Source of the DNA: an uncultured delta proteobacterium
Lineage (GTDB): Bacteria > Myxococcota > Myxococcia > Myxococcales > Myxococcaceae
Direction: 5' to 3'
Assembly (NCBI GenBank): GCA_963771175.1
Contig: CAVYSY010000026.1
Span: 320,001-384,000 of the forward strand
DNA length: 64,000 nt
The position numbers and the translations under genes were made by a program. The notes under the pieces are model-generated. The model was not told where the DNA came from, did no database searches, and saw only the letters and a program-made list of their open reading frames with translations. Shown here piece by piece: positions 1-15,517 of this stretch. Position 1 is the stretch's first letter. The number at the start of each line of letters is the position of its first letter.

Positions 1-509
1 ACCCATCCCACGAAAGTGTCTGTCGCAGGGCTCTCTGTCACGCTGTCGCGGTGCTCATGCGACGCCACCACGCCCCATTCCGGCTCCCAGGCCAGGGCCA
101 TGGCGCGCAACACCTCGGTCATGACGGGAGCGGTCAGTACCCGCTCCCCGATGGAACCGCTGTCGTAGGGCTCGAGCACGCAGGAGGATGGAAGCCAGAC
201 ATCAGCAGAACCGCACGACACATCGACGGCGGACGTTTCCCGAGGGTTGTCGCCTGCCCACAGGCTGAACAAAAAGCCATCGAAGATCCGATGCTTCTTC
301 TGGCCGAACAGCTTCAGGAAGCTCGCGGCGTCCGTGTCGAGCTGGCGTTTGCGTGCTTCCTCGAAGGAGCCAGCCGTCTGATGCCAGTGATTCCACGCCG
401 GGTCGCAGCGACCCAGGAGTTGGAAGAAGCGCTCCGCCCGGTATGCGCAAGCCTCTGCGGATTCGGACCGGGCCAGCCAGTAGGCCCCAGCGTAGTAGGT
501 CTCTTTCAT
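1..509 (-). CDS. Immunity protein, Imm52-like family (runs off window start)
   Basis: Manual translation from ATG at 509 after an AAGGAGG RBS: MKETYYAGAYWLARSESAEACAYRAERFFQLLGRCDPAW..., the typical N-terminus of myxobacterial Imm52 proteins; lies directly downstream of the Tox-REase-5 gene. Confidence 0.75.
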   Translation of the reverse strand, partial: MKETYYAGAYWLARSESAEACAYRAERFFQLLGRCDPAWNHWHQTAGSFEEARKRQLDTDAASFLKLFGQKKHRIFDGFLFSLWAGDNPRETSAVDVSCGSADVWLPSSCVLEPYDSGSIGERVLTAPVMTEVLRAMALAWEPEWGVVASHEHRDSVTESPATDTFVGW

Positions 510-523
510 CGAACGTCTCCTCC

Positions 524-1942
524 TTACGACGCCGGGGAAATATGGACGACCTCAATCTTCAGGCGCGCCCCCTCAAACATCTTCTTGAGCGCACCCGCGA
601 GTTTCTCCTCCGCCACGATCCACCGGATGGGCGTTCCCCGGGCGGCCCTGACCTGGCGCTTCGCCTGATCGAGCATCTGGTCACGGCCCTTGAAGAATCT
701 GACAAAGTTCAGCTCGTCATCAATGAACGTCGCATAACCGGTGCCCTTGGCCTCGAGCAGGACGCCCTGGTCGGAGCCGTCGAAGTCCACCTTCTCGCCT
801 CCCACCTTGACGCGGTAGGCGTAGCCCTTGGGGGCCCCCGTCACCTGTGCCTGGTAGTTCCGGGCGCTCTCGGACATGGACTCCTCCACCTGCACCCATT
901 GACCCGGGCCTCCGGAGGGTGGCGGCGGGGCCTGCCCGCCCCCATGTCCTCGCGCCACCATGGCCACCGCCGTGGGGGCGAGCACGAGGGTGACGCCTTC
1001 GGCCCCCAGGGCCACCGACTCCACCTCCGCCAGGGCCCCCGCCGAATAGCGGATGCCAAGCTGGGCCTCGGCCATCACCGCCGCCTGTCCGGCCCCTGGC
1101 AGCGTGGGCATCGCCGCAGCCATTCCCCCCGCCGTGTTCCCCACCGCCACCGTCGCCAGCATCACGAATGCTCGCGCCGCCTTCTCCCCCATCACCCCCC
1201 CGAATTTCTCCCCGGCCTCCTCTATCTCCTCGAAGGAGGTGGCCTCGTCCACCTCCTCCATCAGCACCAGCCAGCCCTCGATGAGCTTCCACACCGTGTC
1301 CCACCCCAGGTACGCCACCGCGCCCACCGTCATCAGCACGGCCACGCTCTTCGAGACGGGCTCGGGTAGCGCCAACAAAACCGCATACATCGTCAGGGCA
1401 CCGACCACCGTGGCGACCACCGCCGTGGGACTCACCAGGAGCCCGAGCTCTTCCTTCATGGCACCCAGCACCGAGCCATGGGCGATGGCCATGGCCAGGG
1501 CGTACCTGCCGTCGCCATCCAGCACGGGGCCGTCCACCAGCAGGCGCAGGCAATCTCCCGGTTCCCACGTCCGCTCGCACCACAGCAGGTAGCGGCGGCT
1601 CAACTCCACGTCCGCGGGCGATATCCCCTGCTGCTGGCGCTCCTCCTCACCCAGCAGCGTCAGCCGTCGGCCCCTGCCCTCGTACCGGAACCAGCCACTT
1701 CGCTCGGGAACACCGAACAACCGCCGGGCGTACTCCAGCGTCCGAGCAGCGGGCGGCACGGTGCGGGCGTGCTCCACCATGGCTTGCTTGAACTCGTCTT
1801 CGCCCAGCTCCACCGGCGCCATACCCTGGCGCGGGATGTGAACGATGGGGGAGCCCTGACCCGTGTCGAGACGGACGACCTTCGTTGCGCCGCCACACCC
1901 CGCGAGGAACGCGAACAGCAGCGGAATCATCCAGCGTGGCAT
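524..1942 (-). CDS. Lipoprotein polymorphic toxin with C-terminal Tox-REase-5 nuclease (SitA5-like)
   Basis: Lipobox FLAGC; hydrophobic middle region; C-terminal ARNYQAQVTG...VDFDG...LLEAKG (PD-(D/E)XK REase-5 motif). Confidence 0.85.
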   Translation of the reverse strand: MPRWMIPLLFAFLAGCGGATKVVRLDTGQGSPIVHIPRQGMAPVELGEDEFKQAMVEHARTVPPAARTLEYARRLFGVPERSGWFRYEGRGRRLTLLGEEERQQQGISPADVELSRRYLLWCERTWEPGDCLRLLVDGPVLDGDGRYALAMAIAHGSVLGAMKEELGLLVSPTAVVATVVGALTMYAVLLALPEPVSKSVAVLMTVGAVAYLGWDTVWKLIEGWLVLMEEVDEATSFEEIEEAGEKFGGVMGEKAARAFVMLATVAVGNTAGGMAAAMPTLPGAGQAAVMAEAQLGIRYSAGALAEVESVALGAEGVTLVLAPTAVAMVARGHGGGQAPPPPSGGPGQWVQVEESMSESARNYQAQVTGAPKGYAYRVKVGGEKVDFDGSDQGVLLEAKGTGYATFIDDELNFVRFFKGRDQMLDQAKRQVRAARGTPIRWIVAEEKLAGALKKMFEGARLKIEVVHISPAS

Positions 1943-2392
1943 GCGGAGCCCTCATGCGCGTGCCCACCGAACGCCGGGAGCATTAACAGAATCTACAGGT
2001 GCGCCCTGACTCTCACGTCACTCGGCACAAGCCGCCGCACCCGCTGCGCGGCCCCGTGGGCATCGCGCGCCTCCACTGCCGCGCATCCGGTAGCGGAGGA
2101 CTCTCCCGCTGGAGCGCCGGGCCTCACCCGGACAGCATCGCTTGTACTTCCGTCCACTGCCGCGAGGACACAGTCCATCGCGAGATGACATGGCGCCGGC
2201 ACAAGCACCCCCGACTCACCACGTCGTCTCCGCCAGCCTTACCTCTCCTCCCCCTGCCCGACCCCGCGGGCACGGTCCCCGGACTTCTCCCACCTCGTTC
2301 CCCACACCTCTCTTCACCCCTCCATCACCCTGCCGTAGACTTCTGAACGCTCCGTCCCCGGAGCCCGCTCCCTCCACCCCAGGAGTCTCTTC

Positions 2393-3387
2393 TTGAACCG
2401 GCGCATCATCGGCCTGCTCGCCACCGTCTGCCTCGCCTCCGCCTGCTCGGAGAAGCCCGTTGGCCAGATGGAGCCCATTCCCCGTCCGCCCGGCATGGCC
2501 TCCGCCCCAGAGAAGGCCGAGGCCCCGGCCGCGAAGCCGACCCCCGCTCCCGCGCCGCCAGCGGATCCCTCCAAGGTGGTGATGCGCTGGAAGCTCGATG
2601 CCCCCATCGCCTTCCGCCTCACCACCACCTCCTCCTCCGCGCCAGAGCCGGCCGCCAAGGACAAGCAGCCCGAGCCCGCGGCCGGCGAGCGGAGACGTCC
2701 TCCATCTTCGTCCTGCGCAAGACCGACTCCGGTGAATACGCCGTCACCATCACCCCGCAGGGGCCGGGTGGCGAGGCGGACCAGGGCACCATGAGCGAGC
2801 GCGGCTTCGTGGTGGACGGGCTGTCCGGGCCGCTGCACACCACGGCGGCGCTGGTGCTGGAGCTGCCGTTGAACCCGGTGGGCAAGGGCGCCACCTGGGC
2901 GCTCGGCATGGACCTGCTGGACCTGAGCTCCGTGCCCAACTTCATCGAAATGAAGGGACTCCTGGGGCAGAAGGCCGAGCGACAGAATCAAGTGAAGCTC
3001 GTCGAGCTCACCCCGGCCGAGAACGGGGAGCAGGTGGCGACGCTCGAGTACGACCTCTCCGACAACATCTACGGCAACCTCCGTGGCGACCTCCGCGTCT
3101 ACAAGTCGGCCCCGAAGCCGGAGAAGAAGGACGCGGCCGCCAAGAAGGGCGAGGGCGAGGACGAGGTGGCCAAGCCCCCGCCGCTGCAGCCCGCCTCGGC
3201 CGAGGTGCGGGTGAAGGGCCGGGGCGAGTTCCTCGTGAAGGCGGGTCGCTGGCGCTCCTGGGAGGGCACCGTGACGACGACCACCGAGGGCGCCCTGCCC
3301 GGCCTGAGCGCCGGCGAGCGGAAGCTGCGCCTCACCCCGCTCGATGCGGTGCCGCCGGAGCTGCTGCCGCAACAGGCGAAGAAGTAG
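2393..3387 (+). CDS. Hypothetical lipoprotein (frameshifted)
   Basis: Lipobox LASAC and Pro/Ala-rich linker; ORFs 2393..2794 and 2791..3387 join. Confidence 0.55.
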
Positions 3388-4425
3388 CAGCCGCCGCCTC
3401 CGACTCGCGGACGAGTCGGACCACGGCCTCCACCCAGGCGGGGTGCGAGTTGAGCGAGGGGACGAGGGTGAGGGACTCGCCCCCGCTCGCGAGGAACTGC
3501 TCGCGCCCGCGAATGGCCACCTCCTCCAGCGTCTCCAGGCAGTCGGCGACGAAGGCCGGGCACACCACCGCCAGACGCTTCACCCCGCGGGCGGCCAGCT
3601 CCGGCAGCACCACGTCCGTGTACGGCTGGATCCACGGGGTGCGGCCCAGGCGGGACTGGAAGGAGATGCTCCACCCCTCGGGCCCGAGCCCCAGCCGCCG
3701 GGCCAGCGCCCGCGCCGTGGCGAAGCACTGGGCGCGGTAGCAGTGGCGGTTCATCGTCCGTGAGGGCGTCGCAGCACCCGCCCGAGGCCAGGCAGTACCG
3801 CCCCGAGGGGTCGCTCTTGCGGATGTGGCGCTCGGGCACGCCGTGGAAGCTGAAGAGGACGTGGTCCGCCCGCGTTTCGGCGATGACGGGGCGCGCCACC
3901 TCGACGAAGGCCTCCAGGAAGGCCGGGTGGTCGTGGAACGCCGGCACCACCCGCACGTTGGGCACGTCCCAGGGCTCGGACAGCACCTCGTAGATGCGCG
4001 CCAGGGAGGAGCCCGAGGAGGACGGCGCCTCCTGCGGGTAGAGGGGCATCACCGTGAAGTCCGTCACCCCGCGCTTGCGCAGCCGGGCCACCGCGTCCGG
4101 CAGGGACGGGTTGCCGTAGCGCATGGCGAGCTCCACCTCGTACTCACCGGCCAGCCGCTGGGCCACGGCGGCCTCCAGGGCGCGCGAGTGCACCATCAGC
4201 GGCGAGCCCTCCTTCATCCACACCTTGCGGTAGGCGTCGCGCGCTCTTCGGCGGGCGGAAGGGCAGGATGATGCAGTTGAGCAGGAACCAGCGGCCCACC
4301 GGGTGGAGGTCCACCACGCGCGGGTCACTGAGGAACTCGCGCAGGTAGCGGCGCACGGCGCCGGTCTCGGGGGCGTCCGGCGTGCCCAGGTTGACCAGCA
4401 GCAGACCCTTGCGATTGGCGGTCAT
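3332..4425 (-). CDS. hemH: Ferrochelatase (frameshifted)
   Basis: [13 protein letters not shown]...[46 protein letters not shown] motifs across three frames. Confidence 0.93.
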
Positions 4426-4431
4426 GTCCTG

Positions 4432-4816
4432 TCAGTGCAGGGAATGGGGTTGGGTGAGGGCGAACTCGCCAATCCGCGCCTCGAACTGGCGTCCGTCCGG
4501 GCGCTCCATGGTGTAGATGCCCGCGCATGGAGCCGAAGGGCGTGCGCAGCTGGGCCCAGCTCGTGTACTCGAAGCGCTCGCCTGGACCCAGGCGGGGCTG
4601 CTTGCCGACCACGCCCTCGCCCTTCACCTCCTCCACCTTCCCGGTGGCGTCGGTGATGATCCAATGGCGGCCGCGAAGCTGCGCCGGCTCTCCGCCCACG
4701 TTGAGGATCTCCACCGTGTACATGAAGGCGTACCGGTGGGACTCGGGGGTGCTCCGCTCCGGCCAGTAGGCGGGCTTCACGGTGATGCGGATGCCTTCGG
4801 TGATGACGGAGGACAT
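4432..4816 (-). CDS. apaG: ApaG protein
   Basis: YAFMYTVEI...RHWIITDATGKVEEVKGEGVVGKQP...FEYTS...TPFGSMRG. Confidence 0.9.
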
Positions 4817-4877
4817 GCCACACAATTGGCCGGCTCGCCGCCCGGACGCAAGCCCAACGCGCCAGCCACCCGAGCGC

Positions 4878-5864
4878 TCAGGGGTTGGTGCCTTTCCGAT
4901 CCCCCTGGGACTGCGCCGGCACCTCGGGCGACCTCCCGCTTCGGCCAGATGAGCGAGGCCACGATGGAGGCCACCAGCACCCCGCCGATGATGCCCAGCG
5001 ACAGCCCGATGGGGACGTGGATGCCGAAGCACCAGGGGCAGCAGCATCTTCGTGCCCACGAAGCCGAGGATGACGGCGAGGCCCACCTTGAGGAGGTGGA
5101 ACTTGTCCATCAGGCTCGACACCACGAAGAAGAGCGAGCGCAGGCCGAGGATGGCGCACACGTTGGACGTGTAGACGATGAAGGCGTCCTGGCTGATGCC
5201 CAGCACGGCGGGGATGGAGTCCAGGGCGAAGAGCAGGTCCGTGGCCTCCACCACCAGCAGCACCAGGAAGAGCGGGCGTCACCTTGCGCCGGCCGTCCTC
5301 GACGGTGAAGAAGTTGTTGCCCTCGCCCTGGCGGGCCACCGGGAGCATGCGCCGGGCCACCCGCACCACCAGCGTGCTGCTCGGGGTCCGCGGCGTCCTC
5401 ATCCTTGGAGAACCCCATCTTCACCGCGGTGAAGACGAGGAAGCCGCCGAAGATGTAGAGCAGCCAGTGGAAGCGGTGGACGAGCGCGGTGCCGGCCAGG
5501 ATGAGGGCGGCGCGCATGATGAACGCGCCGATGATGCCCCAGAAGAGCACCCGGTGCTGGCACCTCCGGCGGCGACCCGGAAGTAGGCGAACACCATGAG
5601 GAAGACGAAGAGGTTGTCGACCGAGAGCGCGTACTCGACGACGTAGGCCGTCACCCACTGGAGGGACTGGGCCTTGTCCCAGAAGCCGAAGTACCAGAGG
5701 CCCCCGCAGAAGAGCATGCTGAGGGTGATCCACACACCCGTCCAGATGCCGGCCTCCTTGGGCGAGACCGCATGCTCCTTGCGGTGGAAGAGACCCAGGT
5801 CCATGGCGAGCATGGCCACCACAAAGAGGTTGAAGCCCAACCAGAGCGCGGATTGTGTATTCAC
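4878..5864 (-). CDS. TerC/Alx family membrane protein (frameshifted)
   Basis: YVVEYALSVDNLFVF, QHRVLFWGIIGAFIMR, TDLLFALDSIPAVLGI, YTSNVCAILGLRSLFF. Confidence 0.9.
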
Positions 5865-5945
5865 GAGCGAGTTTCCCTGAGCCGGCAGACGGCGGACGTC
5901 ACCCTATAACGGGCAGGCGCCCCCGCCGTCGATATCCTTGCGCGT

Positions 5946-8115
<2,170 letters not shown>

Positions 8116-8119
<4 letters not shown>

Positions 8120-11100
8120 CCATCGCTCCTCTCCAGCAGCACCACCGGGAAGCCGGCCAGCAGCGGCGCCAGGGGAAGCACCACGCTCCCCGCCCGACGC
8201 CCCGGCCGGACCTCTCGTCCGGTGAACACATCCCGGAACGACATGCTCGCATAGGACTCGGGCAGATCCAGGGACGTTTCCTCATAGGCCCCAGCAAGGC
8301 CGCTGGGGGACTCCAGGGCCGGGAGCGTGAAGCGCGGTGCGGCAGCGAGGACGACGGCCCGCTCGTACTCGCGGGCGAAGGCCACCACCGCGTCCGCGCG
8401 CGGGCCCACCGCGTCGAGCGCCCGGTAGCCGCCGTGGCGGAAGACGGCCGCCTGGCGCTGGCGCAGGCGCAGGGCCTCGGCCAGCACGAAGAGCTTGATG
8501 CGCCCGTCGTCCATGTCCGCGACCAGCCGCGAGCACAGCCCGAGCCGATCCGCCTCGGCCTCGCGCTCCAGCGCCTCCAGCATGCCGAGCGCGAAGGCCG
8601 TAGTCCACCGGCCGCCGGTTGTCGGGGTCCACGAGGGACAGGTCCCACAGCTCGCAGCCCTGGTAGGTGTCCACCACCCCGGGCGAGCCGAGCTTCATCA
8701 GCAATTGACCCAGTGCGTTGTGCTGCCCGGGCCGCTCGATGCGGCGCTTGAAGGCACGGAGGTCGTCCAGGAAGGCGCGGCTGACGCTCGCGTCCAGGCA
8801 GGCGTCCACGAAGCGCGACACGCCCTCCTCGTAGGCCGGGTCCGGGTTGGTCCAGGAGGTGCGGACCTTGGCCTCCTTGATGGCCTTGAGCATGTAGTCG
8901 CGGACGCGGCGGCGGAGCTCCGCCAGCTCCGCCTCGGAGAGGGACTCGCCCATGGGCCAGACGCCCACCGCCGTCTGGTAGAAGAGGTACTCGTCGTTGC
9001 GGCTGGGGGCGCCGCCCCCGGGGAGCCGCGTGCGGTGCGACGCCGTGAGCTGCGACCAGCGCTGCACCCGCTGGCGCCACTCGTCGGGCACCTCGGAGAG
9101 GACGTTGAGGCGCGCCCGCACGTCCTCGCTGCGCTTGGTGTCGTGCGTGCTGGTGGTGAGCATGCTCGCCGGCCAGTGCTCCGCGCGCTCCTGGTTGCGC
9201 AGGTGGAAGGTCGGCGGTGGTGCCGAAGTGCTCCGGCTCCCCGCCCACCTCGTTGAGGGCGACGAACCGGGTGTAGATGTAGAAGACGGTGTCCTCGAGC
9301 CCCTTGGCCATCACGGGGCCCGTCACCTGCTGGAGCTTCATGGCGAAGCGCAGCATCTCCGCCCGCTCATGAGGCCCCAGGTGCCCCGGGTAGCGCCGCA
9401 GCAGCACGTCCCGCAGGAAGTCGAAGATGGTGGCGTTGAGGGTGGCGTTGCGCTCCTTGGCGCGCTGCGAGCGTCTCCTGGATGTAGCGCACGTCGCGCT
9501 CGTCCAGCTCCGGCCGCCAGTCGTCCACGTAGGTGCGGTAGACCGGGAAGAGCGCGATGAACTCGGCCAGTGCCCGCCGCAGGCTGTTGAGGGTGAAGTC
9601 GCGCGTGCGCCGGTTGATCTCCGAGACGCGGTTGAGCCGGTGGGCGAGCATGTTCAGCTCGCTCGACATGAAGTCGCGCAGGATGAGGCGCTTCTTCTCG
9701 TAGACCAGCTCGTCGAAGTCCGGCGACTGGCCGATGAAGCGGTGGTACGTCTCCGTCAGCGGCTCCCGAGCGTCCGGCCGGACGAAGATGCCGCACACCA
9801 CGTTGGCGAAGCGGTAGCCGGTGGTGCCGTGCACCGCCCAGCCCTCGGGGATGCGCTCGCGGCCTCCCTGAATCTTCTCCACCACCACGTAGAGCGCCTT
9901 GCGCAGTGGCGAGTCCAGGCGCGCCCCCGCCTCCGCCTGCCAGCGCTCGCGCAACCGCAGCTCCACCTCTGGCCAGAGCGCCGCCTGGGCCCCGTGCTCG
10001 GCCTCGAAGACGGCCCGCGCCCGCTCCAGGAAGTACTGCTCCTGCAGGTTGAGGAAGTAGGCCGTCGGATCGAAGAGCCCGTCCGGGTGATCGATGCGCA
10101 GCCCGGTGACGCAGCCCTCGCCCAGCCAGTCGAAGATGCAGCTGGTGCGCCTCGTCGAAGACCTCCGGGTCCTCCACCCGGATGGCGGCCAGCCCGTTGA
10201 TGTCGAAGAAGCGACGGTAGTTGATCTCCTCGCCCGCCACGCGCCAGTGGGCCAGCCGGTAGCTGCACCCCTCGAGCAGCGCGTCCAGCTCGTCGAAGCT
10301 GCGCGGGTCGCCCGGACGGCCGTTGAGGGCCTCCACGTTGGCGGCGATGTGGTCCGCCACCGCGAGGCTGGACTGGACGAGGGCCGCCAGCCGGCGCTTG
10401 ATGACCTCCTTCTCGCGGTTGCGCTCGACGACCTTGGCGCGCTCGGTCTCGGTGCGAGCGGGCAGGTGGTGGATGGCGGTGAGGATGGAGTGGCAGCTCG
10501 AGGAGGTGCGGCTCCTCCGCGCCCAGCCGGCCCTCCAGCCCCTCCAGGTTGCGCCGCAGCACCCGCTCGTACTGCCGGGGAGCCACCGGGAAGCAGCCGG
10601 TCGTAGTAGTGGATGAAGAAGGCGCCGTCCCGGAAGCCCAGCTCGCAGCTCGCCCCGCTCGAGCACCACGCCGTACTGGTCCCCGAGCACCGGCAGCAGC
10701 ACCTTGTCCAGCAGCTCCTCCTTCACCGGATGCCAGTCGATGTCGAAGAAGCGCGCGTAGAGGGACGCGGGGCCGTTCTCCAGCACGTCGAACCACAGCG
10801 GGTTGAGGCGCTCGATGCCCATGTGGTTGGGCACCACGTCCAGGACCTGACCCAGGCCCTGCTGCGCGCACGGCGGAGCAGAAGGCCGCGTGCTCCTCGG
10901 GCGAGCCCACCTCGGGGTTGAGCTGCTTGTGGTCCACGCAGTCGTAGCCGTGCGTGCTGCCCGGGCGTCGCCTTGAGGTAGGGCGAGCAGTACACGTCCG
11001 TCACCCCCAGCCGCGCCAGGTAGGGCACGACCTCCCGCGCCGCGGAGAAGGGGAAGCCCTTGTGCAGTTGCAGCGCGATAGGTGGACAGGGGCGTGGCGC

Positions 11101-11203
11101 GCCCCAGCAACTCCTCCCGCACGCGCGAGTACACCGTTCCGGCCAGGGCCTCCGCGCCCCTCCCGCCCACCTCACCCGCTACGTCCATCCCCTCGAGTCG
11201 CAT
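8116..11203 (-). CDS. treY: Malto-oligosyltrehalose synthase (frameshifted)
   Basis: [77 protein letters not shown]. Confidence 0.93.
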
Positions 11204-11366
11204 GGCCCCCGTCGTAGGCGCACCGCGCCACACTGACCACCACGACGAGGCCGTTCCGCCAGCTATCCAACGCTCTCCGAGCTTCCGAGCCCGCAAGTGC
11301 AGAGGGCCCGCCACTCTCGTGACGAGCCCTCCGAAGGACAGCAACCGGTCATCCCGGAGATGCGGC

Positions 11367-11703
11367 TCAGCTCAGCTGCTTGTTCACCAGCGCCGTCATC
11401 TCGAACATGGTGACGGACTTCTTCCCACCGAAGATGGGCTTGAGCTTGTCGTCGGCGTTGATCTGCCGCTTGTTCTTCGCGTCCTGGAGGTTGTTCTTCT
11501 TGATGTAGTCCCAGATCTTGCTTGACGACCTCGGTGCGCGGAAGCGGCTTGTTCCCGACGATCTCCGCCAGAGCGGCGGACGGGGTCATCTCCTTCATGA
11601 ACGCGGCGTTCGGCTTGCGCTTGGCACCAGCGGCCTTCTTGGCGGCAGGAGCCTTCTTGGCGGCAGGGGCCTTCTTCGCGGCGGTGGTCTTCTTGGCGGC
11701 CAT
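11367..11703 (-). CDS. SWIB/MDM2-domain protein with Lys/Ala-rich N-terminus
   Basis: AAKKAP repeats followed by [39 protein letters not shown] (one frameshift). Confidence 0.85.
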
Positions 11704-11899
11704 TCGGTTCGGATCTCCTCCCCCCTATCGAGTGTCCGGGGGCGTTGCACGGCTTGTTCACAGCCAGAGCCGTCGGGCGCCTCCTAGCACGCCCGAGGCC
11801 GAAAATCAGCCCTCCGCTGCATTTTTCCCTCTGAGGGCCGAGGGGAAAATAGTGTTTCTCCCTCGGAAAGGAAGAGTGTTTTCTCTGGAGAAGCACACC

Positions 11900-12886
11900 A
11901 TGGTGAACACACTCGTCACTGGCGCGAACGGTTTCCTCGGCTCCTGGCTGGTGCGAGCGCTCACCGCACGAGGCCAGGAAGTGGCCTGTCTGCTGCGCCC
12001 CGGAAGTGACGTCTCGAGTCTCGTCGGGCAGCGCTACGAGACTGTAGCGGGGGACGTGACGGACGCGTCCAGCCTGGCGCGAGCGGTGGAGGGCCGGGAC
12101 GTGGTCTTCCACCTGGCGGGCATCCGCCGAGCCGCCAACCGTGAGGACTTCTTCAGGGTGAACGCCGAGGGGACGCGGCTGCTGTGCGAGGCCCTGGTGG
12201 CCGCCCCCGGGCCTCGCAAGCCCCGACTGGTGCTGGCCGGCTCGCTCGGCGCCTCGGGGCCCTCCACCCGCGAGCGGCCCAGGGTGGAGGAGGATCCGTT
12301 CCAACCCGCGGAGTGGTATGGCGAGAGCAAGGCCGAGGCCGAGCGCATCGTCTTCTCGTACGCGGACCGGCTGCCGGTGACGGTGGTGCGTCCGCCCCGC
12401 ATCGTGGGGCCGGGGGACCGCGAGAACCTCCTCATCTTCAAGCTGGTGGCGAGGGGCCTGCGGTTGGAGCTGGGCGGAGGCCCCCGGCCGTTGACGCTGG
12501 TGGACGTGGAGGACGTGGTGGACCTGCTCCTGCTGCTGGCGGAGCGAGACGAGGCCGTGGGCCAGGCCTTCTTCGTGAGCCACCCCCAGCCGCTCACCCT
12601 GGAGGAATTGCAGGACCTGACGGCCGAGGCGCTGGGGGTGAAGCCGCGCACGGTGCGCCTGTCCCCCGCCGTGCTGACGGCCCTGGCGACCGTGGCGGAC
12701 GGGGTGACGCGGGTGACGGGCCGTCGCCTGCCCCTCAACCGGAAGTTCGCGCGTCAGCTCCTGGTGCCGGCCTGGACGTGCTCGAGCGCCAAGGCCGAGC
12801 GGCTGCTGGGCTTCCGCGCCACGCGGAATCCGGCCGACTCCATCCGCCGCAGCGCCCACTGGTACAGGGAACACGGGTGGCTGTGA
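11900..12886 (+). CDS. NAD-dependent epimerase/dehydratase (extended SDR)
   Basis: LVTGANGFLGS, VFHLAG, YGESK. Confidence 0.85.
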   Translation: MVNTLVTGANGFLGSWLVRALTARGQEVACLLRPGSDVSSLVGQRYETVAGDVTDASSLARAVEGRDVVFHLAGIRRAANREDFFRVNAEGTRLLCEALVAAPGPRKPRLVLAGSLGASGPSTRERPRVEEDPFQPAEWYGESKAEAERIVFSYADRLPVTVVRPPRIVGPGDRENLLIFKLVARGLRLELGGGPRPLTLVDVEDVVDLLLLLAERDEAVGQAFFVSHPQPLTLEELQDLTAEALGVKPRTVRLSPAVLTALATVADGVTRVTGRRLPLNRKFARQLLVPAWTCSSAKAERLLGFRATRNPADSIRRSAHWYREHGWL

Positions 12887-12906
12887 GGGACGCGTCGTCG
12901 GAGTCG

Positions 12907-13004
12907 CTTGTAGACGTCTACGAGTGAAGGGCAATCCATATGTAGGATAAACCCGGTTTCACTTGTAGACGTCTACAAGCGAGCCGCTTCTAGACGTCCA
13001 GAAA
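12907..13004. repeat. Palindromic element cluster (CTTGTAGACGTCTACAAG)
   Basis: Copies at 12907-12924 (1 mismatch), 12962-12979 (perfect) and a degenerate copy at 12987-13004. Confidence 0.85.
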
Positions 13005-13200
13005 CAGCTCGCTCGCCCCCGCACCGGATGCGCATGCGCTGACTCGTCGGGTCCTCCACCGCGAACCACTCTACGCACCGCGCCTGCTCGGCCGCCCTGT
13101 CCAACGACCTCCGCGCCTTCTCTCTCCCATTCGCCGAATTCCGGGCCGTTTAGCGCGGTTGACACATGCCTGATTCCAGTGTCAGGAAGCCCGCCAGCCC

Positions 13201-13866
13201 ATGCCCGCGAAAGCCGCCTTCTACGATGTCGACGGGACGTTGATCAAAACCAACGTCGTCCACGTCTACGCCTATTACGCCATGAACCGGGGCTCCCTCC
13301 TGGGCATCGCCGGGAGGACCCTGGCCACTGCCGCCAGCGTGCCCCTCTTCGCCGCAATGGACGCGTTGGACCGGAAGACCTTCAACGAGTTCTTCTACCG
13401 GTACTACGCCGGCCTCTCCGAGGACCGCCTCATCTCCATCGCCGAGGACATGTTCGAGGACGTGCTCAAGCCCGCCATCTACGAGCAGACGCGCGACCTC
13501 ATCGACCAGGCGCGCCGGGTGGGCTGCCGCATCGTGCTCGTCACCGGAGCGCTGGACTTCAGCATGCGCCCGCTGGCCCGCTACCTGGGCGCCGACGACA
13601 TGATCGCCAACAAGATGCAGTTCGTCGGCGGCAAGGCCACCGGCAAGGTCATCCCCCCCATCATCGAGGGGGCGAACAAGGCCAACGCCATCCGCTCCTA
13701 CTGCGTCCGCGAAGGCCTGGCGCTCGATCAGTGCCACGGCTATTCCGACAGCTCTTCTGACTACGCCATGTTGTCCGTGGTCGGGCGGCCCAACGCCGTC
13801 AACCCGGACATGCGGCTGCGTTCCATCGCCCGGGCCTACAACTGGCCCATCCTCGACCTCAAGTAA
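13201..13866 (+). CDS. HAD-IB family phosphatase (ether-lipid cluster)
   Basis: FYDVDGTL, VLVTGA, GYSDSSSDYAML, AVNPD motifs. Confidence 0.85.
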   Translation: MPAKAAFYDVDGTLIKTNVVHVYAYYAMNRGSLLGIAGRTLATAASVPLFAAMDALDRKTFNEFFYRYYAGLSEDRLISIAEDMFEDVLKPAIYEQTRDLIDQARRVGCRIVLVTGALDFSMRPLARYLGADDMIANKMQFVGGKATGKVIPPIIEGANKANAIRSYCVREGLALDQCHGYSDSSSDYAMLSVVGRPNAVNPDMRLRSIARAYNWPILDLK

Positions 13867-13884
13867 GGAAAGCCTCCGCTCACC

Positions 13885-15498
<1,614 letters not shown>

Positions 15499-15517
15499 GT
15501 CCCCCGAGCCCCCCACG

